Source: Sedimentisphaeraceae bacterium JB056
GTDB lineage: Bacteria > Planctomycetota > Phycisphaerae > Sedimentisphaerales > Sedimentisphaeraceae
Length of the DNA stretch: 64,000 bases
Direction of reading: 5' to 3'
Assembly: GCA_044440125.1 (NCBI GenBank)
Contig: JBITAJ010000015.1
Coordinates: 265,178 to 329,177, forward strand
How positions within the stretch are numbered: position 1 is the first letter of the stretch; each line of letters begins with the position of its first letter. Under the pieces are notes generated by a model. That model was given only the letters and a program-made list of their open reading frames with translations, did not search any database and was not told the origin of the DNA. Positions 60,084 to 64,000 of the stretch are shown here, in pieces. A program made the translations under genes and the position numbers.

Positions 60084-61679
60084 TTAGCAGTCAATTTTAC
60101 TCTCTATACCGTTTGCCGTTTTTTTGTGTTCAACTGATATGATTCCGTTGGGAGTGGGGAATGTTCCTTTTGCCCATTCGAGATCGCCGAGATTGGGTTT
60201 TATGTCCATGTCTTTGCAGCCGGGCGAATTGAAATTGAAACCCAGCACATATTGCGAGAGCCATGCAGTTGGTCCTGAAGCCCAGCCATGGCACAAACTA
60301 TGCCTGTGGCCAGTGAAGCAGAATCCGCCGTATTTGGCATGAATGTCTACTTTGTCTTTTGTTGGCGGTTCATCTATGCGTGAGGCGTTTTCAAGCCATG
60401 CCAGATCGAAATGTTCCCAGAAAGTTGTTGCACCAAGGGAGAGCATTCCTCCCCAGTATTGCTTTATAAGTTCCATGGCTTCTTTTATGAAGCCGCATGA
60501 TGCAAGATGCTGTATGTAATAATAGCCGTACCAGGTGGATAATCCCTGACTTGAAATGGCTTGCTTCTTTATTGGAGAATCAATGCCTGCAAAAGCTTTC
60601 AGGGCGTTGATTTGCTTTGAGTCTGACACCTGCTGCAGCTTGGTTTTGTTGAGTCTGTTGTTGATGGCCGCTGCTTTTTGTGCCAGATCATTATTTGAAA
60701 GAATCGTAGCGATAGTTTTGACTTTCTCTGTTGCCATTGAAGTAAGAAGCAACAGCCCCTGATTTATCGCAGATTCGTTTTTAGCGGTGGGCCAGTCTAT
60801 GAACCTGTGGCCTTCGTAATGTTCGTTGCCTTGCTGGTCAATGAATTTGTTTACTTCGTTGATGATAAAATCAATGTCGGCTTCAGCTTGAGTAAGCAGC
60901 TGTTTGTCGGAGGTGTAGTGGTACCATTCCCACAGGCAGATAATCCACCAGAGTGAGTATGATGCGAATCCCCAGTTCATCCATGGTGTATGCAGTTTGG
61001 TTGCCGGTGAGGCGGTTATCGTTTTGCGTACAACATCAATGTCACCAAAGACCGTTTTGGCAACCTGGATTTGAGGGTGGAGGTCACCGACCCACAGAAG
61101 GCGGTCTCGTTTTATACCATCAAAAATATAGTTTTGGCAGCAAAGATGTACCGTACGGGCACCAGTGATCCATATTTTATTTAGCAGCTCATCGGAGCAT
61201 TCAAAACTGCCTTTGTACTCAAGTTCAAGCTCCTTTGCAATAGCGCAAATGCCTTGGATATCAAACTCAATATTATCATCAAGGAAATCTATTCTGACAA
61301 ATCTGAAGCCTGTGTCGCCAAAATCGTGTGTTCCAAGAGCCGAAATTGTCATCAACTGATCATGTATTGCATGGTCGTTTACGGGGTCTGTCAGGACTTC
61401 GCTGACTGATTCTCCAAATCTTACTCTTATTTTAGCAAACCATTCACCTCTTGGATGGCCTGTCTTAATCCTGATTCCACCATTGAGTTCCTGTCCAAAA
61501 TCAAGTATCAGCCCAGCTTCTTCATCCGAAGTCTTTTTAAGTATAAAATTGCCATTTTCAAGTAATTTAGCTGACTGGCAGTTGCTTCCGAAAGTTTTGA
61601 CAATTCGCGTTGCAGGAATATAGTAATTCTTTCTTCTGTCAAACTCGACATTTTCAGCAAACCATTTTTTCATAACCAT
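60084..61679 (-). CDS. Alpha-L-rhamnosidase (GH78-like)
   Basis: LDFGQE, GFRFVRI, DGIKRDRLLWVGD, GATTFWE, SLCHGWASGP, PTPNG; no signal peptide. Confidence 0.9.
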   Translation of the reverse strand: MVMKKWFAENVEFDRRKNYYIPATRIVKTFGSNCQSAKLLENGNFILKKTSDEEAGLILDFGQELNGGIRIKTGHPRGEWFAKIRVRFGESVSEVLTDPVNDHAIHDQLMTISALGTHDFGDTGFRFVRIDFLDDNIEFDIQGICAIAKELELEYKGSFECSDELLNKIWITGARTVHLCCQNYIFDGIKRDRLLWVGDLHPQIQVAKTVFGDIDVVRKTITASPATKLHTPWMNWGFASYSLWWIICLWEWYHYTSDKQLLTQAEADIDFIINEVNKFIDQQGNEHYEGHRFIDWPTAKNESAINQGLLLLTSMATEKVKTIATILSNNDLAQKAAAINNRLNKTKLQQVSDSKQINALKAFAGIDSPIKKQAISSQGLSTWYGYYYIQHLASCGFIKEAMELIKQYWGGMLSLGATTFWEHFDLAWLENASRIDEPPTKDKVDIHAKYGGFCFTGHRHSLCHGWASGPTAWLSQYVLGFNFNSPGCKDMDIKPNLGDLEWAKGTFPTPNGIISVEHKKTANGIESKIDC

Positions 61680-61855
61680 CTAGCCTATTATTAATTTTCG
61701 ATATGTATTGTTTTAATAAATCGTATTAGATTCTAATGTTAATCACTATTATCGCAATACTTATTATTGATATTAGGTGTTAAAACGGTATGAAATGAAA
61801 ACAGCCGAAGTATTTATTGATACTCCGGCTGTTGGATTCGTTACTGCAAATAATA

Positions 61856-63103
61856 TTAGTGTACGCCACGTCTTCTGCTTGTTGGCTTTCTCCTTCTTCC
61901 GCCTGATGATCTTGGAGCAGAACCCGATGCTTTTCGGATACCTCTTTTTTGTTCAGGTGGCTGAATGTAGTTGAAGCCATCAATTGTTTTGGCGTCAAGC
62001 CTGCGATTGATGAATTTCTCAATTTTCGTTAGTGAACCCGCTTCATCGCTTGAAACGAAGGTTATGGCATCGCCTGTGGCTTCCGCACGTCCTGTACGTC
62101 CGATACGGTGTATATAGTCCTCAGGGTAGGCCGGTACATCATAATTGATTACGTGGCTAAGGCCTTCAACGTCAATGCCTCTGGCGGCTATGTCAGTAGC
62201 TACCATTACCTGGTATTTGCCATTTTTGAAGCCGTTTAGAGCTCTCTGTCTTTGTCCCTGGCTTCTGTCCGAGTGTATTGCTACGGAATTGACGCCATTG
62301 ACGGAAAGTTTACGGCAGATTTTATCCGCTCCGTGTTTAGTTCGCGAGAAAATTAATGCACTGTAAATGCTTTGATTCTCAAGGAGATGAAGCAGTAACT
62401 CGAGTTTTTGCTGTTTTTCAACTGGATAAACGTGCTGTTGAACTGTTTCAACTGGATTGCGAGCCTTACCTATTTGAATAACTTCTGGGGATTTCATTAT
62501 ATCTCCAGCCAATGCCTTCACTTCTGGGGACATTGTAGCTGAAAAGAGCATTGTTTGACGTTTTTTAGGCAAAGCTGCAAGTATTTTACGCACGTCTTTG
62601 ATAAATCCCATGTCAAACATGCGGTCGGCTTCGTCCACAACAAGGGTATTGATATTTCTCAGATCAATAGTATTCCTGCCCAGATGATCAATAAGCCTTC
62701 CCGGTGTTGAAACTATTATGTCAACGCCGCGTTTGAGTGATTTGATCTGCCGGTGAATATTTATACCGCCGTAGACAGCAAGTGTCCTTAGGTTAAGATG
62801 ACTGCCGTATTGTTCAATGCATTTATCGATCTGAACCGCAAGTTCCCTTGTTGGTGTAAGAACCAGGGCTTGTGGCTGTATCTTTTTGCTGTTCTTTAAG
62901 TTATCAGCTTCGCTAAGTTTATGCAGAATTGGCAGTACAAAAGCTGCTGTTTTTCCTGTGCCGGTCTGTGCACAGCCGATAATGTCGAGTCCTTTGATCG
63001 CCAAAGGAATGGCTTTCGCCTGAATTGGAGTGGGCGAAGAATAACCAACCTTGGTAACTCCGCGCACAATGTGGTCGTTTAGACCAATTGTCTTAAATGG
63101 CAT
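61856..63103 (-). CDS. rhlE: DEAD-box RNA helicase (RhlE-like)
   Basis: AQTGTGKT, PTRELA, TPGRL, DEAD, SAT, HRIGRTGRA; basic C-terminal tail. Confidence 0.9.
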   Translation of the reverse strand: MPFKTIGLNDHIVRGVTKVGYSSPTPIQAKAIPLAIKGLDIIGCAQTGTGKTAAFVLPILHKLSEADNLKNSKKIQPQALVLTPTRELAVQIDKCIEQYGSHLNLRTLAVYGGINIHRQIKSLKRGVDIIVSTPGRLIDHLGRNTIDLRNINTLVVDEADRMFDMGFIKDVRKILAALPKKRQTMLFSATMSPEVKALAGDIMKSPEVIQIGKARNPVETVQQHVYPVEKQQKLELLLHLLENQSIYSALIFSRTKHGADKICRKLSVNGVNSVAIHSDRSQGQRQRALNGFKNGKYQVMVATDIAARGIDVEGLSHVINYDVPAYPEDYIHRIGRTGRAEATGDAITFVSSDEAGSLTKIEKFINRRLDAKTIDGFNYIQPPEQKRGIRKASGSAPRSSGGRRRKPTSRRRGVH

Positions 63104-63340
63104 TTAGTAGTCCTAATAATAATAAAATGTTACGAATACAAATTTGGCGGCTCATTGAAGCTTTTGCCCTGTCGGGGCAGGTCCGGAGACACCGCGTTCG
63201 CATCCGCCTAAGACGATTCTTGAAAGATGCAATTTGGGGGATATATCGACGAATATGAAGGTTCGACGAAGTTTCATACCTACCTGAATTGTTTCCTATT
63301 GGGTGAGTTAACACTTGAAGAATCAAATCTTATTAGCGGC

Positions 63341-63369
63341 ATTATATGCTAAAACAAACTATAAAGCAA
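63341..63369 (-). promoter_or_regulatory. Sigma70 promoter of the DEAD-box gene
   Basis: TTGCTT-17 nt-TATAAT on the minus strand, about 230 nt upstream of the ATG. Confidence 0.6.
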
Positions 63370-63520
63370 CATAATTTAAAAAGACGAGAGATTTAATTGC
63401 TTTTCAATTTGTGATTTTGGCAAAATGTGGCAGTGTTTTTTCTTGTGTTTTTTTCAAATTTTTGCAAATATGGTTTGACTTGCTGGTTATATTTACTATC
63501 ATATCGCAAGTCTTCGATAC

Positions 63521-63594
63521 GGGGCCGTAGCTCAATTGGTTAGAGCATCGGACTGTCGATCCGAAGGTTGAGGGTTCGAGTCCCTTCGGCCTCG
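63521..63594 (+). tRNA. tRNA-Asp(GTC), CCA not encoded
   Basis: GGGGCCG acceptor stem, TCGGA-CTGTCGA-TCCGA anticodon arm, GGTTCGAGTCC. Confidence 0.97.
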
Positions 63595-63601
63595 CTCCGT
63601 T

Positions 63602-63636
63602 AAAGCCTTGTAGGTTAATAGCTTACGAGGCTTTTT
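63602..63636 (+). terminator. Hairpin after tRNA-Asp
   Basis: AAAGCCTTGTAGG...CTTACGAGGCTTTTT. Confidence 0.7.
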
Positions 63637-63663
63637 GTTTTTCTGCTGTTGCTCTAAAATGCC

Positions 63664-63703
63664 CATTTTACCCCATAGTTCGTCAATTTACCAAAAAGTT
63701 CGT
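63664..63703 (+). repeat. Tandem 20-bp imperfect direct repeat
   Basis: CATTTTACCCCATAGTTCGT / CAATTTACCAAAAAGTTCGT, 16/20 identical. Confidence 0.75.
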
Positions 63704-64000
63704 TTTGAATTTGTCTTGCCGCTTAAACAGATTCGCTTGTTCTGTTTTTGTTGTTCTTCAAGGAGCACTTCTACTTGAGTTCAGAGAAGAGTCAATTGCC
63801 CGGTATAGTTCTGTGTTGACACAATAGGCAATAAGGGTTGCTATTGCGATTAGAAATTTCTGCTTCATAGCCAGTAAATAATACAGATGTCGGTGCTTAT
63901 TGCAAGGGATTCCAACCGTAAGGGTCGTAAATGATATTTCTGTAGATGTTTATGGTTATATTTTTTTTGTGTTCTGAGGTGTTTTATTGCAGCATATCAT

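Noticed and set aside
60084..61679. GH78 as a truncated pseudogene
   Set aside because: Catalytic motifs and the C-terminal PTPNG segment are present, and short GH78-like forms exist.
63093..63326. 77-aa ORF upstream of the helicase as a leader peptide
   Set aside because: TTG start a few nt after the predicted TSS with no SD; base-pairing explains the region better. Not fully excluded.

Overview
A gene-dense bacterial chromosome segment, most consistent with a Planctomycetota of the Phycisphaerae/Sedimentisphaerales type. This assignment is inferred from an HYExAFE-family gene, an H-X9-DG-type prepilin, single-repeat dockerin-like tails and a Sua5-LMW-PTP fusion. 1-23.3 kb is mostly housekeeping: partial murD, pyrF, ruvB, tsaE, thiL, argH, cysS, dxs, ispA, miaA, a complete F-type atp operon and accA. 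23.7-38.4 kb holds an orphan feoA, gltS and a tightly coupled four-gene unit (minimal secretin, long-hairpin periplasmic adaptor, MacB-type ATPase, MacB-type permease, no TolC), then CDF, GH20, lpxL-like, AraC, tmk and a B12 radical SAM gene. After tRNA-Gly(GCC), 39.4-50.5 kb is a secreted glycan-utilisation-like locus: three paralogues of an unannotated SxNH/RGG enzyme family, LamG and CBM9-like proteins with dockerin-like tails, a GntR-LacI regulator and a prepilin, with a shared CAATCA-NN-TGATTG operator at two near-identically built promoters. The rest has an MFS pump, two HAD phosphatases, uxuA, ettA, RNase P RNA with an extra mini-helix, an MBL hydrolase, rpiB, Sua5 fused to a catalytically altered LMW-PTP, a GH78 rhamnosidase, a DEAD-box helicase with a long structured leader, and tRNA-Asp(GTC) followed by possible integrase arm repeats. 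The best candidates for an undescribed system are the secretin-MacAB operon and the SxNH triplet locus. All calls come from motif recognition by eye; no database searches were run.
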